Shown here: positions 1 through 14,800 of the stretch, in pieces
Position numbering within the stretch: position 1 is the stretch's first letter
Layout of the letters: every line of letters starts with the position of its first letter
Position numbers and translations under genes: made by a program
Notes under the pieces: generated by a model
Seen by the model: the letters and a program-made list of their open reading frames with translations, nothing else
What the model was told of the DNA's origin: nothing
Database searches by the model: none
From: the human T2T-CHM13v2.0 reference genome, Homo sapiens
Length of the DNA stretch: 64,000 nt
Assembly: GCF_009914755.1 (NCBI RefSeq)
Contig: NC_060932.1
Strand: one strand, 5' to 3'

Positions 1-18
1 ATGATCTGATGCTATTGA

Positions 19-348
<330 letters not shown>

Positions 349-1224
349 ATGAGGGTTTCTTTTTGTTTGGTTTTGTTTTGAAGAGCAAGTTATTGGTTTA
401 GTATTTTAACATTGAAAGACCTACAATTCCTTGAAAATTGAGTCCTATAAAATGACAGGCAGAACTATGTGTGTGCACTCAGCAAGGGAAAGTTAAAGGT
501 TGTTTCAAATGGTCATGCTTCCTGCATTAAACATCAACGTCCAACCACAGCATGGGAGAAATCAGTTTCTACTACTGGGTCTCTATGGCGGTAAGACAGC
601 AGGTACTGCTAGTATCAGTCAATCGCTAATCAACCACTAATCCCCACTGACAGGCAGCACTAATGTTCTGCCAACTGAGAAGACCTACACAAAATCCAAA
701 TCTACTTTGACTTTCTGGCAGATTAGAGCAAGTTCTGGTGAAGTCCTAATTGATAAATCCAGGTGATGAGCTCTCTTCAAATCCAATATGGTACCAGGGC
801 TGCTTCTGTTCTCAACTCCCAGGAGTGTGGGAAAATCAGCCCATTCACCAACTCTGCTTTCTCTTTTCTCTGTCCCAATGGACACTGAATTAACAGTGTT
901 AACCTGTGAGCCACATCCTGTAGCAATGACTCCACAGGGGCTGCTGATGAAGATAAATGAGCGTGGACACGCTCTACAAACGAAGCAGACTGAACACACA
1001 GTGTCGCGGGTACAATCAACTCCCCTTTAAGACTGGTCAGCCCGAGATATTCCCAAAGGAGTTGGAAATCACTTTCTAGGTGCCAGTCACCAGATAATTT
1101 GCGTATCTTCTGAACTCTTTTTAATAGAAAATTACCAAGCCCCCTCTTTTTAATGATGCAAGGCTTCCACCCACACACCCTGAGGAAAGTCTTTAACCTG
1201 AACTAAATCACAGTGGCTAACAAT

Positions 1225-1410
1225 TATGAAAGCATGTGACCTGCCAGAACATGTGCTAAGTATTTCCCGTGCATTTCCTCAGTTAATTCTAACAACTCCA
1301 GGAGGAAGGCATAATTATTTTCCCATCTAATAGATGAGAAAACTGAGGCATAGGGGGTTAAGTTGGCTTGCCTAAAGTCACTAATCCTAAGTTGAAACCC
1401 ATGTCTAAAT
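1225..1410 (-). mobile_element. MIR
   Basis: Core cccatctaatagatgagaaaactgaggca...ttgcctaaagtcac. Confidence 0.7.
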
Positions 1411-4318
1411 GTGCACTTTTAATCTGCATGTTGTCCATGCTGACTCTATGGTTCCAAAATTCTTTAGAATGGACCCCAAACTTGGAGTACTGATTAAATG
1501 GACCAAGAAGATCACAGGGAGGAGCTCAGACCCTCTTCCCAGTTTCACCTACATTTCAAAATGACTTCACTTATGAAATGGCAAAAGAGTGCCTCCTGGT
1601 TGAAAGAGACTTCTCTGGCAAAGGAGAAACTGCATTTGTGAAAGCTTTATTATTTAATATTTTAATTTATTTTATTTATTAGAGATGGGAGAAACTAATG
1701 CATACTCCAGCTGACAAGGCGAGCGCCCTCTTGTCTGCAGAGAAGTGAGCCATTGTAAGATAGTACCCACCACATGCTGGGCTCTGCAGATGAGAATGGG
1801 ATATGTCTATCTACGACTCCTTGTTTAATACTCGCAGCAACCATGTTAAGAAGGCATCAATAGTACTTTATTATAATCAAGGAGAAGGACTCAGGTTAAG
1901 TAACAACAGCATGAGGCCACAGTTTGTAAGAGACAGAATCAGGATCAGAACCCACACCTAACCCCAAAACCACTCTTTCCTGCCATACACACCACGACCC
2001 GGTTAGAAGTGATATTGCTTCATTGGAAACTATTTCACTCTTCTGATTGTGTTGCTTTCAATCACAATTCAAATCAAAAATTAATGTTCCTTTGCCATGA
2101 CCGTGTAAAGGAATGTAGTTTACGTAGGTGGGGGAGCAGCCAGGGAGGAGAAATCAGAGTATGGGAATGTGTTACACATTAGACTTTACTTCTTGTCTTG
2201 CCACTTGGCCCCTTTCTTTTTTTGAGGTGGGGAGAGCAGGAAAGAAGGCACGTATGGCCAGAAATTACTAACATCTTTCCATCTTTCAAGGGTTTGTTTT
2301 AGGAGTGCAGACTACCAACAATGTTGAAAAGATCATGAGCTGTCCCGGGTGGATTTTTCCTTGTGGGTGTGTGTGCAGACCCCACCATGATGCATCCCGG
2401 GGCTGCTGGGGCGAGGGCAGGTGCTGGCCCAAGAGCAGCCCGGAACTGATCACCACCACCCCATCCCATCATGCTCACAGGGCCTGGGCCCCAGCGATGT
2501 TGCCCATGGCCTGAATTTGCAATGCAAATGGTGGTGGTGAACAAACAGAAGCCCAGAAGGTAGCAGCTGGGGCAACAGCTGGATACAGTCCCAGGTCCTG
2601 GGTTCTTCTCTGAGTCTCAGTACTCTGTCTGTAAAGTGCAGGGCACCATCCGACTGCAGGCCTGGTGGATCGACCATCTGAGGAGCCCCTGCTGGGTACT
2701 TCTGGGAGACAGCAAAGTTTATCTCCAGCACTATCCCCACCCTGTGCTCACTCCATGCTTCCCTGATTGGGCACCCTGCTGTGCCTGGAGCATAGGGCTA
2801 AAACTAAACTACCACCTTGGACCCTGGATCTCAGCTCCCTGTAACAGCTAGACCCTAATCTAAAACCAAACAAAAAAATTTAAAAAATTATGTGTTTTTT
2901 TTCTTAAGCAACAATTTTAACATCCTCCAAGGGTAGGACATGACTCCCACCTAGGCATAGCTGCCAGCAAGAATTCAGAGACCCAGAAACTTTGAAAACT
3001 CAAAATTTGAGGCTGCAACAAGGGCCTGCCTGGGTCTTTCTCGGGAAATCTTAAAATAATCCATTATATTTGAGTAGGCCATTAAGCTTTCATTCTACTT
3101 GCAGTCACCCAAACCATTTTTGCTCACAAATTATACTTCCTTGGTAGCCTCCCTCAAGAAGCCTGGCCTTATTTGGGAAGCTGAAATGAGAATGAGGAAG
3201 TCATCACACACCATCCCAAACCCTCACATTCTTCAAAGCCGTCTCTTCCTCCTGACTCCCTGCTTCTATGAGTGGTGCCTCCAACCCTCCCAAGCCCGAG
3301 ACATCCTACCCATGACTTTGAACGTAAGGCAACCATTGGCCCAGAGCCAGTCATTTCATAACCAGTCCTGTGGAATGGCTGTAGGAATCCAGGAAGGGTC
3401 TGTGGGGAAAGGTGGCATGGGGTTGCATTAGGAATCAATCTTATAACTCCTCTGATTGCAGATGATAGTAGCAATGAAGGGTAAAGTACAGAGAGAAAGA
3501 GGGACACACTAGGGAGCGCCTTCGTCAGGTGAAAGGAAGAAGAGTTACTGTAAATGCCACGGGAGGCCCCGCTGGGAAACCAGGCAGCCCAGTGTCAATG
3601 AAGACCACAGGGTCCATTTAAATGGAGGAAACACCCCTCAACCCTAAGTGCCGAAGAGCTTAAGAATGAGTCTGAAACTAGAGCACTTCACTGGGTGATT
3701 AGGGGGCCACGCCAACCCATAGGAGGCCAGGATCTGGAGTGGTGAGGGCAAATTCCAGAGAGCAAAAATCCAATGGGAAGGGAAAAGAAGAGAGAAGCCA
3801 TATCACCAAGCTTCTGGACTGAGTGCGAAGGAGCACTTGCAGGCACGCTAGCCACATGGATTAGACTGAGCCCGTGCAATCATTCCCACTCTTCTTGAAG
3901 TCAGTTTAAAATTAGAGTCAAAAAAACAAGTTATAAACACATGCAAGAAAGTGGTAAAGGAAAAAAGAACATATCAACATTTTGTATGACAGAAAGCAAA
4001 TGGATGGTAGAATCTGGCTTAAAAGGGAGAAGAAAAGCTAAAATGCAGATAGGGATGCCAGTAAAGTGCAGAGAAAAGAAGAAAAAGAGGGACAGACAGG
4101 GATGCCAGTAAAAAACAAGCCCATTTGCACTCCAGGTCCCACAAATGCTCCTGATTGGGGCCCCCGGACACTCCTGAACTCCATCACAGAGGCTGTCAAT
4201 GTTGGGATTGGCAGCAAGTTTACATATGGACACTCAAACCTACTCACCTGGGCCATGAGTCCAGGTGGCTGCCCTCACCAACTCCAGCAGTAGCCATGGG
4301 CTTCATTCCATACAGAAG

Positions 4319-4487
4319 GCCTGTAGTTCCAGCTACTTGGGAGGCTGGAGGTAGGAGAATCGCTTGAACCCGGGAGGTGGAGATTGCAGTGAGCCGAGAG
4401 CGCACACTGCACTCCAGCCTGGGTGACAGAGCAAGACTCCATCTCAAAAAAAAAAAAAAAGAAAAAGAAAAGAAAAGGGGGAAAAAA
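4319..4487 (+). mobile_element. 5'-truncated Alu (right arm only)
   Basis: Right-arm sequence plus A tail, flanked by AGAAGGCCTG direct repeats. Confidence 0.88.
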
Positions 4488-4673
4488 AGAAGGCCTGAAC
4501 CTGCACACAGCCTGCCACTGGGGTATACTAGACACAGAGGAGGACCGGACAGGTGCTGCTGCGTGAACACCAAAGGGTTACATGAAAGTCTGCAAAGTGA
4601 AGAATGAGACACTCGGGTCTTAGAACACTACATTTATATGCCTGTGTCAGAGGATTGAGTGGTTTTTCTCTAA

Positions 4674-4769
4674 AGAAACTATTAGGCTGTTGCAAAAGTA
4701 GTCACGGTCTTTGCCATTACTTTCAACTGCAAAAACCGTAGTTACTTCTGCATCAACCTAAGAATAGTT
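4674..4769 (-). ncRNA. MIR548AO: pre-miR-548ao hairpin (MADE1-derived), intronic and co-oriented with SFRP1
   Basis: Minus strand gives AGAAGUAACUACGGUUUUUGCA (4749-4728) and AAAGACCGUGACUACUUUUGCA (4712-4691), matching my recall of miR-548ao-5p and -3p, within a long inverted repeat. Confidence 0.88.
4682..4761. mobile_element. MADE1 (Hsmar1-derived MITE), 80 bp
   Basis: TTAGGCTGTTGCAAAAGTA...TACTTCTGCATCAACCTAA terminal inverted repeats, preceded by a TA target site. Confidence 0.93.
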
Positions 4770-5021
4770 CAAAAGAAAAGACATATGGGCCCTCTGCAAA
4801 ATTCTCAAGTGAGGCCCAACAAATCACAGGCCCTGCATGTACACAAAGAGCTTCCAACGTCATGTCTCGCTGTTAAATTCAAATGGACAGTCAAGGGCTG
4901 GCAAGTATTTAAGGAAAGCCTCCAAATGTGAATGGCAGAGACTGTAACATACAAAACAGAAAAGGAAGAAAAGGAATTCAGAGATAACAGAGACAATGCA
5001 GGGAGTATTAAAAAAAAAAAA

Positions 5022-5290
5022 CTTTTCACTTTTTGCCTTGTTGCACTCCTAAAAGCAAGATGGGTCACCAGCAGCTCTCCTGGAGCCATCCAAAAAAATT
5101 CGGCCAGGGTTCTCATTCTTGTCATTATGGCCTCAATATGTGCTGCCAGTGTTTCCATCAGTATGCAGAGGAGGTAGGCTTCATTAGGTTAGACTAAGTG
5201 AGCTTCCCTGAATGGATTATCCAAGGCATCCACCAAGTGAAAGAAACCATGCTAGCTCTCTGTACATAAAATAAAATTTTAAAAAAAAAA
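5022..5290 (+). pseudogene. RPS29P2: RPS29 processed pseudogene (probably RPS29P2)
   Basis: Pyrimidine TOP-like leader ...TTGCACTCCTAAAAGCAAG, then intronless ATG 5060 to TAA 5197 = [45 protein letters not shown] (RPS29-like). AATAAA at 5270-5275, poly(A) 5281-5290, flanking A(n)CTTT TSD. The P2 number is from recall. Confidence 0.93.
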
Positions 5291-5310
5291 CTTTAAAAAA
5301 TGATAATATG

Positions 5311-5599
5311 GCCAGGAGTGGTGGCCCGCACCTGTAATCTCAGCACTTTGGGAGGCTGAGGCAAGCAGATCACTTGAACCCAAGAGTTAGAGACCAGCCT
5401 GGGCAATATAGTGAGACCCCATCTCTACCAAAAAAAAAAAATTAGCCAGGCATGGTGGTGCATGCCTGTAGTCTCAGCTACTCAGGAAGCTGAGATGAGA
5501 AGATCAGCTGAGTCTGGGGAGATTGAGGCTGCAGTGAGCTATGACTGCACCCCTGCGCTCCAGCCTGGGTGACAGAGTGAGACCCTGCCTCAAAAAAAA
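5311..5599 (+). mobile_element. AluJ-like
   Basis: Full Alu with TSD AAATGATAATA. Confidence 0.9.
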
Positions 5600-5949
5600 T
5601 TGTTTTAAATGATAATAAATTAGATAAGACTTTTGTATTCCTAAAACAAGAACAGAAAGCTATTAAAAGGAATGTTCAGAGACTGGGAAAGATTACTTGG
5701 AAATTTAAAATATAAGAGAAGAAATATAAAATGCAAGACAAGTAAAAAGATGTGAAAGAAAGGAAATAAATATGCAGTACACTACATGGCTCAGCTGCAA
5801 ATAATATTTACATAATTCTAATAAATTAAACATTCAATATTAACCAAAAGTGTGATGTAATTATATTGGAAAGATAGTGTAAAAGAGATAAATCTTTAAC
5901 TTCAATAACAGAAAATCAATAAATAATGGTTTTAAGATAAGGTTAAAGA

Positions 5950-6239
<290 letters not shown>

Positions 6240-6807
6240 TTTTTTCAAGAATATTTTTTAAATTTTTTTTAAAAGATAAGGTTGAAGAAATTTCATGAAA
6301 AGATGAACAAAATGACAAACAGATGGGAAACAGAGGAAAGAAAAAGAGAATCAATCCAAGAGTTTCAACATCTGAGAAAAGGGTATTATAGCAAGAGAGA
6401 ACAAGAAAACAAACGGGAGAAAATACCAAAGAAATAATACAAGAAAACTTTCCAGAAATGAAGAACATGAGTCCTCAGGTTAAACAACACCCAGCTCAAA
6501 GAATCATGACATTTACAAATATGAAAGACAAAAAGAACTTTTAAAATCTTCAAGAGAAAAGGGTACATCTAATACAAAGGATCAGTATCCCAGTTGCACT
6601 GGATTTATCAATACAGACACTGGAAACTGGAGGATAATGAATCAATGCCTTTAAAATTGCCAAATTTGATACTGAGGCAAGCTATCAATCAGCATGCAAG
6701 AGTAGAATGAAAACATCTTCAGGCATTAACAGGTTTTAAAACATCATCTCCCATGTATCTTTTCTTAGGAAACTACTCAATGATGTGCTCTACAAAAATG
6801 CAGAATT

Positions 6808-7249
6808 TTTTTAATTTATAAAATGTATTATCAGCCAGGCACAGTGGCTCACACCTGTAATCCTAGCACTTTGGGAGGCAGAGGTAGGCAGATTGCCTGG
6901 GCTCAGGAGTTCGAGACCAGCCTAGGCAACATGGCAAAACTCTGTCTCTACTAAAAATACAAACACTTAGCCAGGCATAGTGATGCGCACCTGTGGGCCG
7001 ATCTACTCAGGAGGCTGAGGCAGGAGAATTGCTTGAACTCGGGAGGCAGAGGCTGCAGTGAGCCGAGATCATGCCACTGCACTCCAGCCTGGGCCTCTGT
7101 CTCAAAAAAAAAAGGCATTATTAATGTTATTTTTGATTGAAAAGTAATAATTGTATAAACTTATGGGTTACAATGTGATGTTTTGTATAAGAGAAGGAAT
7201 GATTAAATCAAGCTAATTAGCATGTACATCATCTCACTTACCTATTTAA
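6808..7249 (-). mobile_element. Short L1MA 3'-end insertion containing an Alu
   Basis: aataattgtataaacttatgggttacaatgtgatgttttg...catcatctcacttacctattt, with TSD AAAAATGCAGAATT at 6794-6807 and 7250-7263. Confidence 0.75.
6833..7113 (+). mobile_element. AluS-like, inserted in the L1MA tail
   Basis: Two-arm Alu with A tail. Confidence 0.9.
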
Positions 7250-7357
7250 AAAAATGCAGAATTAAACAAGACACAGGATTCAGGAAACCAAAGGTCTAAC
7301 CTAAGAAAGGAAAAGGAAGGCTTAGGATGGTTTTTCCCGAACAACTGTGTGGCAGGC

Positions 7358-7866
7358 TGTGATGGTTAATTTTAGGTGTCAGCTTGGATTGAGGGATGCT
7401 GAGAAGGCTGGAAACGTGTGTGTGTCCAAGAGGGTGTTTCAGAGGAGACTGACATGTGAGTCAGTGGGCTGGGAGAGGAAGAGTCAGACCTCAATGTGGG
7501 CTGGCACCACCCAATCAGCTGCGAGGGCAGTCAGAATAAAGCAAGGAGAAGAAGGCAGGTATTCAGCTTGTGGAGTTTCTGCTCTCCCTCCCTTCCCAAT
7601 AATGGCTGTTTCTCTTCTCCTGCCCTTGCACATCAGACTCCATGTTTTTCGGCTCTGGGACTTTGGGGCTTGCACCAGTGGCCTCCTGGGGGCTTTCAGG
7701 CTTTCAGCCTCAGACTGGGGGCTGCATTGTTCCAAGGCTTCTCTGGTTCTCCAGCTTGCAGACAGCCTATCGTGAGACTTCTCCAATCCTGTGAACCAAT
7801 GCCCCTAATTAACTCCCTCTCCCATCTCCTGTTGTTTCTGTTTCTCTGAAGAACCCTGTCTAACAA
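7358..7866 (+). mobile_element. MLT2 (ERVL) solo LTR
   Basis: Starts TGTGATGGTTAATTTTAGGTGTCA and ends TTCTGTTTCTCTGAAGAACCCTGTCTAACA. Confidence 0.85.
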
Positions 7867-9063
7867 AAAAGCCTAAAGCTCCATCAGCCCAGACCAATGG
7901 TAGGAAAGAGAACTCAGGCAGATTTCCTGATGCATATCTGCCAGAAAGCTTGGGGCTGAATTCATAATATGAACATAAGTAACTGGGTTAATAAAATGGG
8001 GCAGTTACTATCTCCAGGAAAAACAAAATGATGTAAAAGAAAGGAAATAAATATGCAGTACACTACATGGCTCAGCTGCAAATAATATTTACATAATTAT
8101 AATAAATTAAACACTGAATATTAACCAAAAATGTGATATACCTGTACTGGAAAGACAGTGTAAGAGAGATAAATCTTTAACTTCAATAACAGAAAATCAA
8201 TAAAGAACATCTAAATATTAAAAATAAGAAATCCAATTATAACCATGTTATTTATTTGCTCCAGTTTGCTGAATATGAAGAAATCACTAAAATACTTGAA
8301 AATTATTACTTCTAGGTCATAGGAACTAGAGGTGGGAAGGGAACTGCATGCAGTTTTTGTTAAAAACCATTCATTCCAATTTAACTTTTTAAACTATATT
8401 TATGTTGAATCAAAAATTTAAAATTTAAAAAACTTAGTCTAATAAAGAATGTCAGTGTATATAAAATATAAATGAACCACAAAATGTCAGATCATGAAGG
8501 AAATACAGAGATTTCACATCTCCAGACCCTTCACCCTCCATTCAGCTGGAGCAACTTGGCCATATAGTTAGGACTTCTTAAGGGTTTTGATTAAGAATTC
8601 TGCTTTCTCAACCAGCTTTTTGTTGTTTCCTTTTTTTTTCTTTTTTGAGGAGGAGGAGGGAGGCAGTCCACTGATTTAGTCAATCCCCATCATTTTTCAG
8701 ATAACAAAATCAATTGGGTTAGAATGCAAATTATTTACTTAGAACTGGAAGAGACGTTAAATCTGGTTCAACCGATGCTCAAAAGTGAAGTCACTTGTCA
8801 GCTCTGCCTGGAACCTGCTCCCTGCTTCCCTACCCAGAGCTTTATGATTCATACAGCAGTTCCTCCAGTAGGAGAGCGAGAGGGGATGAATGGGGGCCTA
8901 GCCATCTGGGATGACGGGGCAAGCAGTTGGATCCATTTTTTCCAAAAGGTGCTGTTAAAAAAAAAAAAAAAAAATCACCCAGAGACAGATACCAGACCAC
9001 ACACTCTGATTCCTAAGAGACTTGCTTTTTCCCTAAATTGCTTTCTTTTTCAGAGGGGCCTAA

Positions 9064-9367
<304 letters not shown>

Positions 9368-9385
9368 GAGACTGGCAAACTCTTT

Positions 9386-9665
9386 AAGAGACAGGGTCTC
9401 ACTTTGTCGCCCAGGCTGGAGTGCAGTGGCGCCATCACAGCTCACTGCAGCCTTGATCTTCTGGGCGCAAGTGATCCTTCAGTGTCAGCCTCCTGAGGAG
9501 CTGTGACTACAAGCATTCAGCATCACATTTGGCTGATTTTTTAATTTTTGTGTAGAAACAGGGTCTTGGCATCTTTCCCAGGTTGGTCTCGAACTCCTGA
9601 GCTCAAGTGATCCTCCCACCTCAGCCTCTCAAAGTGCTCTCAAAGATGTGAGCCACCACACCAGT
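9386..9665 (-). mobile_element. AluJ-like
   Basis: Antisense Alu directly adjacent to the previous one. Confidence 0.88.
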
Positions 9666-10320
9666 CTGTAAACTCTACAAAGTGGCTTAGCCCAGCTTGG
9701 TTGATCAGGAAAGGCCCACAGACGGGCACCCCAATGCACCAGTCGCATGGGCCTGCTCCACCCCTCCTACCCCACATAGCCTCCAGGTGGAAAAGTCTGC
9801 TCAGATACCAAAGCCTCACTAAGCCATGAAGACAGAGCACTGGTTTCCTGCCTCCCAGCCCCAGATCACACATGTCTTGGGTAACCCTGAGGTCTGAGGC
9901 AGAAAGCACCCTCCCCAAGTCCAATTGTGCAAATGAGATTCAGTAACAGCACTGGGTACGGCATTTGGCTGCAAGCAACCACAACCTCCTTCCAACACTC
10001 AGCAGAGTTCTGGGCACCATGGCGAGCTGGCTTTGCGGCACTAGGGCCCAGATAAGTCCTACTGACAATGGCCTTGCAATGGCAGCTTAACAGACCCCAC
10101 TGTTCCCAGCAGGAGCCAATGTCTGGCATCATTAATTCGTTTAGCAGAGAAAGGGGCTTGTGCTTTGTCACAATAACTCAGCGTCTCTCCCCTGACCACA
10201 AGCCACATGCTGCATACTTGGATGCATTTGCTGACTACAAGACATACGTTACACACAAGAACAAAAAAAACTAAACTAAAAGAACAAGATCCAAAGCAGA
10301 TTTCTTTTTCTCTCATCTCC

Positions 10321-10361
10321 AAAAACAAAACAAAGCAAAACAAACAAAACAAAACAAAAAA
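10321..10361. repeat. (CAAAA)n simple repeat
   Basis: aaaaacaaaacaaagcaaaacaaacaaaacaaaacaaaaaa. Confidence 0.85.
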
Positions 10362-11124
10362 CAGCAGATGTGGAAAATGCTCCTGAGTGGCTCATTTGGG
10401 ACAAATTATTTAATTGAAGTTGTCCTGTTTTCTGGACCCCAGACACCTCAGGAAGGTGGCCAGGCAGGAGAGTAGAGATTGCAACTTTGCAGAGCCCTCT
10501 CCCCAGTACTCACATATGAACGCACACACGCAAGCTCATGTACACATGCACACACACTCGCCAGCATCATCAATGCATACACACCAGCAGCATCGGTGTC
10601 AGCCATCCAGAATCCTGCTGCTAACTGCTTGATTTCCTGGATTGTGTTAAATCCCCACTGAGTTAAGCTAATGGTGCAAAATGAAAACCCCACTCTGAGA
10701 GCAAAGTGCTGCCTGGTGTGATTTCATCTGGGAAGCCACGCATCTTGGGGAGCAAGGGCTTGGGCCTCAGAGTGGATCAGAGAAGAACTGTGGCCCCTCC
10801 CCTTCCCAGTGTGCAGCTTAGCCTCTTCCACCCCCAGCCCCCCACCCCCACCACCATCCTGCACTGGAGGGAGAGAAAGAAGAATAGGAGAATCACTTAA
10901 ATAAAGTCCATCACTAGGATTGATTGAATCTTGGCTCTGAGTCCAGGCAAACCTGCCAAGGCAAACAGCTTTTCCTACCATGGGGTCACTGGTTTTTCAT
11001 TCCTCTCCAATCTACTTCCTGGTGTTTGCCCAAATGGCAAGTTGAAATGTGGGATGGTCTCCTGGGAGGGAAAAGATGGGGAGTGGGCTACAGAAAAGGC
11101 AAAAACTATCCCTCGCTCTGAGAG

Positions 11125-11894
<770 letters not shown>

Positions 11895-14800
11895 TAGCAA
11901 GAGGCAGCACATTTCAGAGGAACGGACCCCAAGTGGAGAGTCAGCAGACCCCAGCTGACCAATCCCACCACTCACATTTTAGTGGATTAGACTCCACCAT
12001 TAACCTTTAGCATAAACTTGGGTAAAATCATTTTACTTCTCTGGATCCCAGCGTAGCCATTTGCAAAACGAATGTGTTCATTCATTGAGATGGATCCGTT
12101 CATTTCAGTCTCCCTGCCTGCAATGGTGATCTACATCTGCATCTTCCTATTTCCTTTCCCTGTCTTTGAAATCCAGTAGAGAAGCCCAGACCGCACAATG
12201 GGAACATCCCACCTCTCAGATGGCAATGCTGCCCAAGCCGCTCCACCCCCAGGGGCCTTGCTTGCATGTGCCCGAGGCCAGACCTGCAGGGCAGACAGTA
12301 GCACAAGAGCACCATCTTGGTCACAAAGTTGTCTAAGCTCAAAGACAGCCCCGGAAAAACACCTGACACACTCCACAAATAATAATCAGCAGATCTTCGT
12401 GCCATCCCATGTGACAGATGGGGAGCAGAGGCCTAGGGGGCTGCTGGCCCCTTTGCTGAGAGACCCCTGACAAAGTTAGTCCAATGCCTCTGCAAAATCG
12501 CAGCAGTTGCACCTCACTCTTCTCCCTTTATCATGTTCTCGGTTTGTCCTCTCTGAAGGAAGGGGGTGCAGGTCACCTGTGCTTCAGGCCGAGCTACAGA
12601 CCATCTTCTCCTTGATGCCTCCCCAGCCCAGTCTAGCCTTGGCCTTCCTGGCTCTCCTTGCCTCAACATTGATGCAGCAGAGCTCTGCATGAGAATGACC
12701 CACGAGTGTTCCTACCTCTCCTCCTCCCCTCTGTGAGCTCATGTAGGACATGGCCCAAAACGCATCCAATCTCTGTTCAATGACTAGTGCAATGCCTGAC
12801 ATCAGGGGGCTCAGCTAAACACACGTGGGGCACACAAATGAACAGAGAGATGGAAAGAGCTCAGCCACTGCCCGGATGTTCAAAGACTCACTCGCCAGAC
12901 TGGAACTCTCTGCACAGAACTCCGCTTCAGCACTAACAACAACAGCAAGAGCCAGTGGTCACCGAGTGCTTGCCCAGGCCGGGGTCTGGTCTACCCACCT
13001 ATCAGTAGATGCACTCCGGGACACCTCTAACAGCCTAGAAGGCAGATACTCCAATAATGACACCCAGTTTCTAGATGTCTGGGAGCAGAACCTTTCTGTC
13101 CCAGAAAGGTTCAAGTCCCACAACTAGTCCATGGCAGAGCGGGACTTTGATCCAAGAAGCCTGGCTCACAACATATAAACACTACCAGAAGCAAAACGAA
13201 CCACATAAGCAGAACAGGAGGCCTCTGTCTTGGGGGTTCCCTTTCTACTGGGGATAGCTGCTTTTCAGGCCTGGGGGCAGAGAAGGGTCTCACTGGCCCC
13301 CTTTCCCTCCAAGAGCTTTCTAGGTATAAAGGGATTTAGAGAGGGAAGCATCTCTCTGATCCATCATAGACAGTTCCAAAGTACAAAGCTAAGAAAGCAA
13401 AAAAAAAAAAAAACCTATGTCCAAAATCCTTCATCCTCGCCATCACATGATTCTCTCCAAAGCAAAAATAGAGGCCTCATCTCTCTGGACCTGATAGTGT
13501 CAACAAGCACAGTTCAAGGTTCTTGCTTATTCCCATTTCTGACCCCACCTATTTATCCAACTTTCTACACCTGAATAGTCTCTTTCTTTTTTTCAGCTTT
13601 CTAGGCTTTATGTCAATAGCAGGAAGGCTTGAAGACAGAGGGGCCCTGGTGGCCTGCTCTGACTCCGGCCCTTGGCGGGCACGAGGTCCAGTCTGAGCCT
13701 GGGCCCAAGCCACACACCTTCCCCGGCATAAGATGGGCAGCGCTGGGCTTCCCTCCCAAGTCCAGGGGGGTGCAGGGGGAGGGCTGACGGAGCTCATACA
13801 GTTTTCCTTTGTGGGGTGCAGGGTCGGGGGATGGTGCGGCAAAGCCCTGCCCGAGGCACACAATCATCCAGTGAGATGACAATGTACACCAAACAGGATG
13901 CAGAGGAACGCTGGCCTCTCAAAGCTGAAAAGTGTCTTGACCTGAGACAGGTCTGGCCAAAGCCAAGAATCTAAAAAGCTAAGAGGAATCAGCACCCGGT
14001 CCTATGTCAAAGCTGGCCTTACCTCTATTTTCTGGAATTCGCACTCCCTGCCCTACTCCGCTGGCACGCATTCAAGGCAGCCAGGTGGCACCGGCCTCAA
14101 GCTGAATGCCCTGACTCCGGCTTCCAGGTCCTCAGACCCTCCCTGGGTCTTTCCTTTCTCTCAAGCCATCTGGAGCCTACACACAAGTCACGGGGCAGAG
14201 GTTCTGAGAGCTGAAGGGAGCAAGCGGCAATAAAAACCCATACGACCCCAACTCTGCACGCCCTTTCTACTTCTTCAGGAAGCCATTTCTTGAGAAGAAA
14301 CAAACAAAAAGCTTCCCTGTGGCTGCAGGAGCTGCTGACCCATGGGGCCAAATTAGCACCTGCAGAGGGACAAACAGCCCCAGCCCTAGAGGAGACCACA
14401 GAAGGCTGCTGGATGGGCAAAGACTCAGGGCACACATAGACAGAGCTTTGCAGGAACGGGTGCTCGGCCCACATTCTGGAGCGCCTGCCCCAACTCCCAG
14501 AAGCGCTCCTAGCATGCAGAAGGCAAGTGCTTTCTAAGTATCTCTACCAAGTGGCTCCACAACAGACAGATTCTTTTAATGTTCCAAGTACTCTCCAGGG
14601 ACCGTGCTTCTCTTCCTACTGAAGATAGTCAACATCCAGGTTTGGGGGCCAAGGCTGAGCCCTGTGGGACAGGCCCGTGAGCTCCTAGCAGGCATGACCA
14701 CCTCTAATGTATGCAGCTCCCTCTCCTCTATTTCCTTTTCCTGCCTCTCCTGCCACCTGCCAAGTGCTCCTACCTCGTTCATGGCCTTCCACTCCGTGCA

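Noticed and set aside
1719-1739. CTCF-like motif (CAGACAAGAGGGCGCTC on the minus strand)
   Set aside because: Mismatches at the conserved CC positions; cannot be supported without ChIP data.
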